The notes under the pieces are model-generated. The model ran no database searches, had not been told where the DNA came from, and was given only the letters and a program-made list of their open reading frames with translations. 64,000 nt of DNA from Octopus bimaculoides (taxonomy: Eukaryota). Made by a program: the position numbers and the translations under genes. The DNA is taken from assembly GCF_001194135.2 (NCBI RefSeq), contig NC_068995.1, positions 37,527,968 through 37,591,967 on the forward strand. Direction: 5' to 3'. Below, one piece after another: positions 12,250-24,864 of this stretch (positions are counted from its first letter, which is position 1; each line of letters begins with the position of its first letter).

Positions 12250-13440
12250 CTAGATGGAAGGGGAACATTTTGGGCTACAATGTTTTGGTGGTTGTGTGTT
12301 CTGTTGTTTGTTATTTTTTATATTTTGTTGTAGAGCTAGTGGGGTTCTTCATCTGTTTTCTTTTTTCTTACATCTTTCGACATGTGGAGGAATCACTGTT
12401 TTTTCGGGGGCAGGTTGGCACTCAGCCCTAATGTGGTCTGTTTGGCCACACTTGTATCAACGAGTCTTCCTCTTCTCTACGATGACTCTCAGCTTAGTCT
12501 CCCCCACCTGTATAGAATCTATGAGATTTTCTAAATCGGCAGGGGCTGCTTGGATAAACATCTCGAGCCCTTTCCCCTGCCAACTTTACAATTCCAGCGC
12601 TTGGGCTTGGAGGATTGTGATTTTATCCCCAAGCCGTTTATTATGGCTGCCACCAGACAAGTGGGGCCTACGTCGGGTGGGATGTCTCCTACTTTCCAAG
12701 ATAAGTAGGTAGGAGTACCATCTCCGCCGCTTTTAATGATGTCATCGACGCTTGTTTTGCTTTTGCTTCCGTTTTAAACCGGATTTCTATTGTGGAATAC
12801 TTCACTCCTCTTGTGATGTATACCACGTCATTCCAAACTGGATGGAGGCACAACTCCACCGTCTCCTTGCTTGCATCGTTCAATTTTTTTTGTTTTACAA
12901 CAAACGACTTGTAGATGACTGTGCACCGTAGTGCATTATGAATGGTTTCACTGAGAGGAGTAATCACAGTTTCGCTCCCCTCCCTTTTCATCATTCCTTT
13001 ATACATCCCTAATTCATCACTTGCGCAGTTAATTAACTTTTTTGAAATAGTGGTTACTGCCGCAAAATTGCTTCCTTTTATCCCTGCATAAAATCCTCTC
13101 CAGCCAGCATGTTTATCAATGTTGTGCTGTTTTCTGTGCTTTTGGCACTCTTCTAAAAACTTGTACACGGTTCATTAGCATATTTTGGCAATTTCATTGG
13201 CGATTTATCCATGATTTGTGTGTTCATATTTCCACTGAATATAACAATATATTCCCCCTTCACACAAGGGAGCAATCTCGAGTATAACCAGCCGAAATTG
13301 CAAAGATAATCTGGAACTCGACTGCGGAAAGAAAACTTCGAATGACCCGATCTTGTTTTCTTTGTATCGTCTATCTGGATGTTTTCTTTTTCCTTTTTTT
13401 GCATCACCTAACTGTCTGGATGTTTTGCGTTCTTGGCCCA
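12250..13440 (-). mobile_element. Tx1/L1-clade LINE ORF1 (gag-like, CCHC knuckle), degenerate
   Basis: ORF 12689-13168 continues to *YKCGQTDHIRAEC, a CX2CX4HX4C knuckle with the first Cys codon mutated to TGA. Same strand and upstream of the ORF2 fragment; the intervening endonuclease is missing. Confidence 0.75.
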
Positions 13441-13448
13441 TTTTGTAT

Positions 13449-13481
<33 letters not shown>

Positions 13482-13787
13482 TATATATATATGTGAAAGT
13501 ATCTGTTTGTGAAGGTGTATGCATATGCGAGTGTAAGCATGTATGTATGTTCTAATCCAGTTGTATACTGTAGTTTACACGCATCAACCAATAAAACATA
13601 AAATGATCCGGTAACATATCGCTGTTTTCCATAGGCAGATATTTACTGGGCCTTAAGTGTGGTTCGAACTGAAAACAAATATTTGAAGGGAAACTATTTT
13701 AAAACAATTGTACAAACAGTTATTTCTGATTGTTTTCCCTTTAGAAAAAATGTGGGAAGGAATAAAATCATAACAAAAATAGTACTT

Positions 13788-13855
13788 TTACAACCTTTAT
13801 CCATCGAACAATAGGTTCAAGTTACAACCTTTATCCATCGAACAATAGGTTCAAG
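13788..13855. repeat. Perfect 34-bp tandem duplication
   Basis: ttacaacctttatccatcgaacaataggttcaag occurs twice head-to-tail. Confidence 0.95.
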
Positions 13856-13926
13856 CACAGAAAGTTATTTGAATGTAAAACAATGGAACATTCCTTAATA
13901 GCATTATTTAAAATAGTGTATGTCCG

Positions 13927-14061
13927 CTTCAGTTCAATAAGGACAATATCTGTTGATTTTAGTCTATTTTTCTTGTACATCAATAGATGTCTTAACGTTA
14001 ATCTGAGATTTTGGATTTTGAGTATATTTATGACTATATATACATGTTTATATAAACACCA

Positions 14062-14064
<3 letters not shown>
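13927..14064. repeat. 138-bp direct repeat, copy 1 (copy 2 at 15496-15633)
   Basis: cttcagttcaataaggac...aaacaccaatg appears identical in both copies; each is followed by (TA)n. Confidence 0.92.
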
Positions 14065-14095
<31 letters not shown>

Positions 14096-15495
14096 NNNNN
14101 NNNNNNNNNNNNNNNNNNNNNNNNNNNNNNNNNNNNNNNNNNNNNNNNNNNNNNNNNNNNNNNNNNNNNNNNNNNNNNNNNNNNNNNNNNNNNNNNNNNN
14201 NNNNNNNNNNNNNNNNNNNNNNNNNNNNNNNNNNNNNNNNNNNNNNNNNNNNNNNNNNNNNNNNNNNNNNNNNNNNNNNNNNNNNNNNNNNNNNNNNNNN
14301 NNNNNNNNNNNNNNNNNNNNNNNNNNNNNNNNNNNNNNNNNNNNNNNNNNNNNNNNNNNNNNNNNNNNNNNNNNNNNNNNNNNNNNNNNNNNNNNNNNNN
14401 NNNNNNNNNNNNNNNNNNNNNNNNNNNNNNNNNNNNNNNNNNNNNNNNNNNNNNNNNNNNNNNNNNNNNNNNNNNNNNNNNNNNNNNNNNNNNNNNNNNN
14501 NNNNNNNNNNNNNNNNNNNNNNNNNNNNNNNNNNNNNNNNNNNNNNNNNNNNNNNNNNNNNNNNNNNNNNNNNNNNNNNNNNNNNNNNNNNNNNNNNNNN
14601 NNNNNNNNNNNNNNNNNNNNNNNNNNNNNNNNNNNNNNNNNNNNNNNNNNNNNNNNNNNNNNNNNNNNNNNNNNNNNNNNNNNNNNNNNNNNNNNNNNNN
14701 NNNNNNNNNNNNNNNNNNNNNNNNNNNNNNNNNNNNNNNNNNNNNNNNNNNNNNNNNNNNNNNNNNNNNNNNNNNNNNNNNNNNNNNNNNNNNNNNNNNN
14801 NNNNNNNNNNNNNNNNNNNNNNNNNNNNNNNNNNNNNNNNNNNNNNNNNNNNNNNNNNNNNNNNNNNNNNNNNNNNNNNNNNNNNNNNNNNNNNNNNNNN
14901 NNNNNNNNNNNNNNNNNNNNNNNNNNNNNNNNNNNNNATATATATATATATATATAAAGAGAAAGAGACAGAAATCTAGAGAGAAAGAGCTACGTATTTT
15001 TAAATGTGTGTCTGTATACTGTGTATTATTTTGGTTCTATATATAACATTGTCTTTTATTTGTGGTTACAAATTTATTTCTTACCTTTTATTTTTAATTA
15101 TTTGACCTTTGATTAGTTGTCGTACACAATTATTTGACCTTTGATAAGTATATCTAACACAAGTTCGCTTATGTACTTAAGCAACTCTGTATATACTGAA
15201 TTGTCTGTTTTCTTTATAAGTTAACTTCTGGTCTAAATTTCAAAGAATATATTTGTGTTACTTGCCTTGTATTTGATAACTTGATTTCTAAATGTTATAT
15301 TTCTTCGTGTTAATTCTTTCGCTTTCTTCATGAAAGCTTCCTATTTGAATATCTGACAAACACGTGTACTTATATACAAACATCTATAGGTATTATGTTT
15401 TACTTGGTGGGCTTCATAAAGCTGTAAAGGCGTGTCTGTGCGTATGAACATCACAGAATATAAATCTATCAAAATATACTTATCAACCCGATCGT

Positions 15496-15630
15496 CTTCA
15501 GTTCAATAAGGACAATATCTGTTGATTTTAGTCTATTTTTCTTGTACATCAATAGATGTCTTAACGTTAATCTGAGATTTTGGATTTTGAGTATATTTAT
15601 GACTATATATACATGTTTATATAAACACCA

Positions 15631-15633
<3 letters not shown>
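15496..15633. repeat. 138-bp direct repeat, copy 2
   Basis: Identical to 13927-14064. Confidence 0.92.
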
Positions 15634-15687
<54 letters not shown>

Positions 15688-16062
15688 TGTCTATATGTAT
15701 GTATATATATACACACAATTGTGTATATATAAACATGTATAGTACTCACACATATCTCCATCTCCTTTATAACTACCATTCCATTCTCTCTTTCCATCAC
15801 CTTTTTCTTCTCCCCACCAAATACACAAAGAACTGCCAACATACTCCAATCAACCATTTCGTTGGTCAAAATTGTGATAAATAACCCTTAATTATACATC
15901 CGTAAATGCCATATCACCCGAACAAATGAACGCATAAGTATGATCCACCCAATGCACATGAATACTACGAAGTGTGCATTAATCATCCCAGGAATACGGA
16001 CTATGATCTTAAGAAACATGTAACGTGTGAAACAGGGCGTAGCTTATAAATGCCATCCATCA

Positions 16063-16084
16063 ATTATTATTATTATTATTGTTG

Positions 16085-16155
<71 letters not shown>

Positions 16156-16204
16156 GTTTTTGTTGTTGTTGTTGTTGTTGCTGTTATTATTATTATTCTT
16201 GTTG

Positions 16205-16276
<72 letters not shown>

Positions 16277-16292
16277 TTCTTCTTATTATTAT
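16063..16292. repeat. Compound (ATT)n/(GTT)n/(CTT)n microsatellite
   Basis: Direct reading; abuts the 3' end of the R4/Dong element. Confidence 0.95.
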
Positions 16293-16294
16293 TG

Positions 16295-17890
16295 TTATTA
16301 TTTGTTGTCTTTGCAAGCTTCTAACGCAGATGTACAACGGTGTTAGCTGTTCACTACCAGTGAACTAAGGTAATATCCCTTATTTTTCGAGCACCATCCG
16401 GAGTATTCCAAGTTCCAAGCAGTGTTGTTCTGCAAGTGCTCCACCCTTATTGCAGCCCCTATTAGTTCCATGTACTTCTCAAGATGTTTACTCACTGTTC
16501 GCAGGGCTCCTACAATTATTGGTACTACTACCAACTTTTTCATCGACCACAACTAGTTAACCTACCAAGCTAACCTGTCATATCTATAGACTTTTTCTTC
16601 TTCCTTATCGCATACTTTGCTGTATCATGTCCGGTTTCCTATTCTTTATCTCAAGGTTGCATTGAGTCATAAAAGCCCATAGGATTTTTGCATTATCATT
16701 TTTATGTTCGTACCAATTCTTGGCTCTGTCAAGTCTATACTTGTTGCAAAGTGTCCAATGGGCAATCCTTGCTATATTATCATGATGCCTCTTATTTTCT
16801 TTCTGAGGCTAGTGGCGTACATTGACTGGTAATATGCCATACGGTTTCACCATTTTCTACACAAATATTGCACTTGTTACTTACTAATGTGTTGTCTATT
16901 CTGTATTTGATGTAATTCGTTCTTAGTGCTTGCTCTTGGGTAGCACAGATTAGAGACTCCGTTTCCGGTTTTAAATCACTTTTAGACATCCATAGCATCG
17001 TTTTTTCTTTTTTCTATGTATGTCTTATCTTCAGCATCCCTGTGAGATTGTCCATGCATTCTTTTCTTTATCCACCTATTTTCAGCTTCATTCATTCTCA
17101 AATGCTTGTACAATGCTTTGTCTTTGCAATCTTCCATCCTACCGAAGCCTGCCCAGTTTCTAATGATAGTGGTTCTGTGGCATTTTTTTATATACCATGC
17201 TATGTTGTTTTCTTCTGATCTAACGCTGTTTTCGCATCCAATCAGTCCTCCCCCTCTTTTTCTTGGTACATACAGTCTGTCCGTGTCACATTTTGGGTGG
17301 AGTATCCCATATCTAGTCAGCAACATCCTTGTCTTTCTGTCTAAGTTGTTTAGTTCGTCTACTGTTCATGTCATTACTCCTGCTCCATATCTAACTAGTG
17401 AAACCGCACAACTGTTGATTGCTTCAATCTTATTCAGTCCGTTTAATTTCGACTTAATGATCAATCTCAGTCTGCGCAAGTACTCCACCATAGATTTTTC
17501 TGTCTTTTCTTTATCCATCAATTAATCCATTTCCAAAATCATCAAGTACTAATAAATAACCCCTCTCTTCGATCTGCTTCATAAACTCCCCCGACGGTAT
17601 CGCTAGCGCAACCATACTTTTGATTTTGCCTCTCTTAATGACTAACAAACTACACTTTTTGAGTTTGAAATCAATTCTGATATCAGCACTGAAAGTATAC
17701 ACCTTATGAACGAGGGAACTGACTTGGGATTAATCTTTACCATAAAGTTTGATGACATCCATGAATAACAAACGGTTGACTTTTTGTTGGCGGCTTTTGG
17801 ATACATATCAAGCCTTAGCTTTCTTCAGAAAGCTTAGTGGTATTATGCACAGTACAAAGATCAGTGGGACAGGCAGTCCCCTTAGTAGAT
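16295..17890 (-). mobile_element. R4/Dong-clade (RLE) LINE, 5'-truncated and degenerate
   Basis: Minus motifs NRLLFMDVIKLY, KKCSLLVIKRGK, HPKCDTDRLYVPRKRGGGLIG, KRMHGQ, LKPETESLICATQEQALRTN, C-x2-C..ETVWHITSQC, RHDN, KILWDF, KPD, VVVPIIVGALRTV. Ends in an (AAT)n tail. Confidence 0.9.
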
Positions 17891-18000
17891 GCTTCTCCTG
17901 ATTTCTATTGTCCCTAAATTTCTTCCATATCCTGTCAGTTACGTCCTCCACGTCGCTATACTTTTTCCAAGCAATCGCTCAAAATTCGATGCAATAAAAA

Positions 18001-18001
<1 letters not shown>

Positions 18002-18039
<38 letters not shown>

Positions 18040-18049
18040 TATATACATA

Positions 18050-18080
<31 letters not shown>

Positions 18081-18164
18081 CGTATGTATATACACAAATA
18101 TATATATTTACATATATATGTGTGTGTGGGTATATATATATATGTATATATCTATAAATATATG

Positions 18165-18260
<96 letters not shown>
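18002..18260. repeat. (CA)n/(TA)n compound microsatellite
   Basis: Direct reading. Confidence 0.95.
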
Positions 18261-18261
<1 letters not shown>

Positions 18262-18624
18262 GTGGGTGGAAGTGTAGGTTTACCATAAATATCACATCAA
18301 TGTTATAATACTTAATTCATTAAAATTATTAGCACATGTAATTAGCCTCATTTTCGATATTTTGAGTGTCATTAATCATATTACATTTATAAAAACTTTA
18401 ATAAAACTTTTGTCGTAACCTTTAATTTTTCTGGTAAAAATAAATGAGTATGGTGCGGGGTTTCTTTTTTCATAATTGTCCACCTTCTTTTGCCCCAACC
18501 TGTATATTTATTACATGGTTCTCTAGATGTGTGTGCCAGTGTGCGTGTGCGTGCCTGTGTTTGTTCTTTTATTATTTTATTGGCACCAGCTACACACACA
18601 CAACGCGCACACACACACACACAC

Positions 18625-18656
<32 letters not shown>

Positions 18657-18727
18657 ATATCCATTTACAGACACAAACCTATATAACTGGAAAAGAGAGA
18701 ATAAAACAATTTCTACCATTTATTATA

Positions 18728-19331
18728 TGTTATATGGTTAGAGGCTCCACTGCAGCTAAATGATTCCTGTATCATAAAAACAGACACAGTATTACGCATA
18801 TATAAAAGGACATTCAAGTTGATATGTATGTAATAATTATTATTATTATTAAATCCGTAAAATAATGTATATGCTTTCTGTATTTTCCGGTAGCTGCGAA
18901 GGCGTATCGGAGTATATAGACTCTTACTGTCGCCGGTGGATAGTCGTAGATAGGCGAGATAACTTACCTTCAGTCCCATTTGGGAATGACGGACATTGAT
19001 GTTTCGCCCTTTTTGTGGTTTGTCAGCATCACGTATCTGTTATGGGGCTGAAGGGGAATCACCTAGCTAGTTTCTGGAAAAAGCATATAGTATTTTGGGT
19101 GTTGGGTGAGTTTTCATCACCCGCTGTTGATTATCACACGCTTAGGACGAGTAACAACCCAGAAACTCGTGTCCGTGGGTATCAGGTAAGGCTAAGGATG
19201 GGAGCGATGACCTCCCCTCGCAAATACAGAATGTGTGTCGTTAGCCAGCTGGTACAGATGTCTTCCTGGGAATATAAACGCCAGTAGCACTCTCTGCTGT
19301 GGCACGCCACTCTTGGCAATTATGGGTTACG
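18728..19331. mobile_element. Probable solo LTR (~604 bp)
   Basis: Starts tgttatatgg and ends gggttacg (TG...CA with the terminal A mutated). Flanked by ttata on both sides (18723-18727, 19332-19336). No coding capacity. Confidence 0.45.
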
Positions 19332-19421
<90 letters not shown>

Positions 19422-19705
19422 ATATACTTTTGCCTGTGTGTGTCTGTTTGTTCCACTGCCATCTCTTGACAACCTCAGTCCTATTTGGGAATGATGTACA
19501 TCTATGTTTCACCATTTTTGTTGCTTCTCAGTATTACGCACCCGCCTGTGGTTGAAGGCGAATCACCAAGTTAGTGCATGACTTATATATGCTCATGGCT
19601 TGTAAAATCATGAGGTGGTATGCACGGAAATTGTATACCAACGATAAAATTTACACACGAAGTAAAAGCAGCTCTAGTGTAGTAAATGTTATCAAATACA
19701 TATCC

Positions 19706-19832
19706 TAACGTATATGTTTTGCGTATTTTCTGGTGGCTGCAATGGTGCATCGGAGTATATAAACTCACATTGTCGATGGTGTTAATACACCTTAGTCATG
19801 GACAGGCGAGATAACTCACCCTCAATCCCAAG
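19706..19832. repeat. Diverged fragment related to the interior of the 18728-19331 element
   Basis: gtatatg..tt..gtatttt.cggt.gctgc.a.gg.g.atcggagtatata.actc...ggcgagataact.acc.tca.tccca is shared with ~18865-18980. Confidence 0.75.
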
Positions 19833-19858
19833 TAAAAGAATAGAAGAGTATATATACG

Positions 19859-19931
<73 letters not shown>

Positions 19932-20039
19932 AGATACATACATACAGGTTGACAATTTGCATAACAGATAATAAAGAAAACGCAATCTAAAAATGTATAT
20001 ATTGTAAAAGGTAAAAAATATATATTAAGTCTATATTTG

Positions 20040-20340
20040 GGAGATGTATTTTTTTCAAAGTAGCGTTCGCTTCCATCCCGGGCGCAAGCCGGCTCCGAAA
20101 TCTACCGCTTGTATTCCTCTCTGTGTCGGCAGAGCGGTTGGTGTGTTTCCCTGTGCCGGCAGAGCGGTTGGTGTGTTTCTCAGCGGTGATCCACAGGTGG
20201 AAATCCATGAGATTACAATCGAGGGAATTAGGAAGCCGGAAATCGAGGCTGGTGAATTCGTAGAAATCCTCTGGTGACCTCTTCTGTCTCTTTCCGGAAA
20301 CATAACAAGGAGTCAAATCTTACTGCAGTACATGGATTTC
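20040..20340 (-). mobile_element. Tc1/mariner transposase C-terminal remnant
   Basis: Minus ORF ...DFRLPNSLDCNLMDFHLW..EKHTNRSA...RFRSRL resembles WPPNSPDxNPxDxxxW. Contains a 30-bp in-frame tandem duplication (20121-20150 / 20151-20180). Confidence 0.6.
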
Positions 20341-20446
20341 CAGCAGAATCCCTCCCCAGTCAGGGTTTGATCTCAGTCTGCAGCAGTTTCACACAAGTTT
20401 TAGCAAATGTTGCATTACTTTGACGTTTGAAATAAAGGTACAGCAC

Positions 20447-20480
20447 TTTGACGTTTCGGATGCTACTTCGTCATCGGGAT
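20447..20480 (-). ncRNA. Decayed hammerhead-like motif
   Basis: Minus strand ccgatga-cgaagtagcatcc-gaaacgtc: core with a U4->C change, GAAAC-GUC, weak stems. Confidence 0.3.
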
Positions 20481-21309
20481 AAAAATGTATAAGGAAAAGG
20501 TACAGAGACAAAAAAGTTTGGGCACCCGAATATCTTTCTATGGTTAAGAGTTATGAAAAAGCACGCAGCAGGTTGTATAGGCGTTTAGCCGTGTATATAG
20601 TCGGCCACAGGTGGAGTTATGAGTGTGGTGGTATTTTGGGGTGCGTACAGTGTTTGGCGTTGTATGCAGAAGTGTGGAGGTTTTCAAGTGTGGAAGTATA
20701 GTGGCCGCGGATAAAAGTATTGGAAGATGTTACATAGATGTCATTGAATTTTTAGTGAGAGGAAAGGGCCAAGTTCGTGAAAGTGACTCTAAGGAAACAA
20801 AAACACTGTAAAATCAATGGGAATACTCAAGACAAATAAATAACAAAAAGAGCGAAAATACAGAGAAGTAAAAACATTGGTAAGAGATAACACTGGTTAC
20901 AAATCCGAAGACAGGTACAAATCCGAAGACAGAAAAGTAAGCCAGAAAAGCAAACGAAGAAACAGAGAGGGAAACAATTTGCAGTTAAACTTTTAAGAAA
21001 TAGCAATTTTCGTATAAATATACAAGAGAATAAAACAATTAAAAAGCAATTAGGACTCAGAAAGAATGGAAACTTTTGAGAAAGTTATGCTTGTAAAATG
21101 TATATTGCGCTGCTGAAGACATTCCAGAATATCAGTGGCAAAGTCCAGAGGTGAAAAAGTGAGCGAAATAAGTCTGGCGGTGAAATCTGCAGAGAAGAAA
21201 TGCATAGGTTAAAAATAGAAACAAATCACTCGTTACCTCAACATAGGTAAAGAGCAAAGAGTGACAAGTGATGTAGAACGATGCAAGATAATAAAGTGAG
21301 AGTGTATAT

Positions 21310-21711
21310 AGGCGTAGGAGTGGCTGTGTGGTAAGTAGCTTGCTTACCAAACACATGGTTCCAGGTTCATTCCCACTGTGTGGCACCTTGGGCAAGTGTC
21401 TTCTACTATAGCCTCGAGTGAATTTGGTAGACGTAAACTGAAAGAAGCCCGTCGTATATTCATACATATATGTATATATATATGTATGTGTGTGTGTTTA
21501 TGTTTGTGATTGTGTTTGTCTCCCCAGCATCGGTTGACAACCGATGGTGGTGTGTTTACGTCCCCGTAACTTAGCGGATCGGCAAAAGAGTCCGATAGAA
21601 AAAGTACTAGGCTTCCAAAGAATAAGTCCTGGGGTCGATTTGCCCGACTAAAAGGCGGTGCTCCAGCATGACCACTGTCAAATGACTGAAGCAAGTAAAA
21701 GAGTAAAAGAG
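21310..21711 (+). mobile_element. SINE family B, near full-length, with internal (TA)/(TG) microsatellite
   Basis: tRNA-like head aggcgtaggagtggctgtgtggtaag...ggttcattccc, then accttgggcaagtgtcttc, an internal microsatellite and a (gtaaaaga)n tail. Matches 50968-51501. Confidence 0.92.
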
Positions 21712-22553
21712 AGAGGATGTATGAGTACGTGTGTGCATGTTCAGTGATTTAGTGCATATGCCTGCCTAGTTGTGTGCTTGAATGTATGTGCGTGTGTATT
21801 GTGAGGGCTGTGCGTGACTAATCGTGTGCGTGCTTGCATGTATGTGTGTGTATGTACGTTTGTGCATACGTATATATTTTTAACAGCATGGTGGAGGATA
21901 ATTGTGTTGAAGGCTGACCACTGTACTGTGCAGCTGCCAAAAAAAGACCATATGTCAAGCAATGTGGAAATGGCCTGAGAGGAAAATGCGTGAATGAGGA
22001 AACGGGTGTGTGTGTGTTTGAGTGTGTGTGCGAGTAAGCATGCGCGTAGATATGCCTTCTAGTACAGGTGCCTATACATACACGGACATACACACACACA
22101 CAAGTATATGCAAGAACCACGACTCTTTACCTCACCCACATTAATGAATACAAAAGAATAAAGAACAAGACATAGAAATGCAATCATGATTTTAACTGAA
22201 GAGAATCAAAAGCAATATCTGATTTTTCAATTGTAAACCTTGACCAACTGAAATACAAAAATTCTTTTCCATCCCCACCCAAAAAGGTCCGTATGCATTG
22301 ATCAAACAAGTTTGACCAAACCAATACAAAAGCCACACCTCTTTACATCTCCCTCCTTATCAAACTTTTTGCGTGTTTCTTTTCCCTTACTTGGCAAACC
22401 CCACAATTTTTTTATATATGAAAAGGCCACGAAATCTACCTTTAGACCACTTTTGATAAATCTGATAACGGAAGAAAGTGCTTAAAGTTTAAACGAAATG
22501 TAAATAAAAATATATGTAATCATCCAATATTCTGACTACCTTATTCTCTTTCC

Positions 22554-22590
<37 letters not shown>

Positions 22591-22719
22591 CCTCTCTCTC
22601 TCTCTATATATATATATATGCATGTCTGTATGTCTATATATGTATATGTATATGTATATACATAAGTCTCTCTCTCTCTGTATATNNNNNNNNNNNNNNN
22701 NNNNNNNNNNNNNNNNNNN

Positions 22720-22754
<35 letters not shown>

Positions 22755-23513
22755 GCACATACATACATACACCTGTGCAGAGGTTAGATGTATGTGGAGA
22801 TGTGCATCTTGGCGAAAGAGAGTAAGAAGTTATGTGTGCATTTACTAAGTTCCTGAAAGAAAAATTCAATCTACTTATCTCCACAAACACAATTTTAACA
22901 AATCCTGAATTGACTCAAAACTTAATATATACGCCTAATGTTGTACGCACTAAAATTATGATTTCAAGCGAAATTTCTTAACCAATCGTTAGTTCCAACG
23001 CTTATTATGCTTACAACTTTACTGTTAATTTTTGTTTTAATTTGTGCAGTATAGTTATTTTTAGAACAAGATCAAAATTACTGATGTTAATTAACGTTTT
23101 CCTTGAGCCATGTACAGAGAATCCAAGTTTTAGCAATTAACAAACACTAATAACACATACAAATATACAAGATCTTCAGGTTAATATCCATGAACGTTGC
23201 AAAAATGTTTAAGAAATTTAATCAAGTAAAACTCGCAAGTTATATTAATTTTTCTTCAGTGCTTTAATTGCAGCGCTCTCTGAAATTTTTGAAGTGGCTT
23301 TATTTTTCTTTATTGATTTAGCATACAACTTTTAGCGTACACAATTTCATACATCCTTGCCAAAATCTTGTCCTCTTACTTCTATCAATAGATTTGGTAT
23401 GGCTAAAACGCAGACCATATTAATGTTATCTTAATTTTGAAATTCTGTATTCAGTTTACCATGAAATATATACTGACACACATATATATCGATGGGCGCG
23501 CGCGCACACACAC

Positions 23514-23568
<55 letters not shown>

Positions 23569-24769
23569 GAAAAGCACTGTAAACAAAGACGCACCAAGTG
23601 GCAGTAGTACTTCACTCGATGACGCCGTTTGGCATACTGATTCCCGAGGGTTGCGTCTAGTGGTTCCTTGTGGCGAAAGCCTGAACTACGACGGGTTTGC
23701 CCCACAGAGAACGTTTCCGGTTACTTCTGGATACCCCCTCCTATGTGCAACGTTAGTGAATTCTCTCGATTTCGACATATAAAGGTCCAACGTCTAATAA
23801 AGATGTTAGAATACCTACCCATATAGATGATTCTTTTCCCACTGGTGTAGGATTAATCACACTTGACAGGAGAAATTTTTGGCAGCAGAAATTTTTGACA
23901 GCAGAGATTTGGTGTAAATGTTTTCCCACATGCTCATTGAACAACATACCTTACGTTTTTGTACTAGACTTTTCCATTCCCTGGTTTAGTTACATTCCCT
24001 ACAGCCACAGTTCAACCCTACATGACTATGGATCACACATATAAACATATATAAATTGTAACTGTCGAAGAACACATGACTGCTACTCCGCCATGGATAC
24101 TGTTACAAAGGTGACTACGTAATTCGTCTATTGTAGCAATATGTAAAAATTGTGTTTCTGCATCAGCTAATTTGTAAGTTGATTGTACAGTGTTTGCAAA
24201 CGTTAAAAGTTTAATTAACATGTACGTTCCTCTTATTGGAAAAATTGGAGATCCAATAAATCTGGTGATTATATTAATCAGCAACAATGACAATCAACTC
24301 AAAGATATCTTTGCTGGTTTGATGAGAGTGAAGAGTGTAAAACCGTGGTCGCTCTGTCCACAAATTTTCTTCTCTCCGAATGATAACTAAAATTACTGAT
24401 GGACACAAAAGCTCTTGAACTTGATAAGCTCTGCCTGTGGTTTACCGTATTTTAAATGAAATGCAGCAATCTATAGATATACGTAGATTAGATTATTTAT
24501 ACAGATGCGCGTTCATAAATATATGCCTCATATACGTATCTTTTGTGTATCTTTAGCCGAGTCCACTCGATTGGAAGCGTTCAGTCAAAATCGCCGGTGT
24601 GGGATAATTTCCTTCTTCCAAAACGAAGAATTCCACAGGCATTATAGATTTTATCTATCCATGGATAGAAAATTGTGATCAATTTTCAATATTAAGCCTT
24701 GTTTAGAGGAAGAATGCGTATCTTCTCTCCATGGAGACATTATTAGTTTATAGCTATTGTTAATGTACA

Positions 24770-24855
24770 CTGAGGAACACTGAAATCGATGAAATCGACT
24801 TAACCCCTCCCCTGAAATTCCTGGCCTTGTGCCAAAATTTGAAACCATTATTATT
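24770..24855 (+). mobile_element. SINE family A, 3' fragment
   Basis: atcgacttaacccctcccctgaaattcctggccttgtgccaaaatttgaaaccattattatt matches the tail of the 292-460 copy. Confidence 0.75.
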
Positions 24856-24864
24856 ATTGTTAAA

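Noticed and set aside
23608-23685. ttca-ctcgatga-cgcc...ggc-gaaa-gcc-tgaa hammerhead look-alike
   Set aside because: Extra base in the core, ~50-nt unpaired stem II interior and no U16.1-H17.
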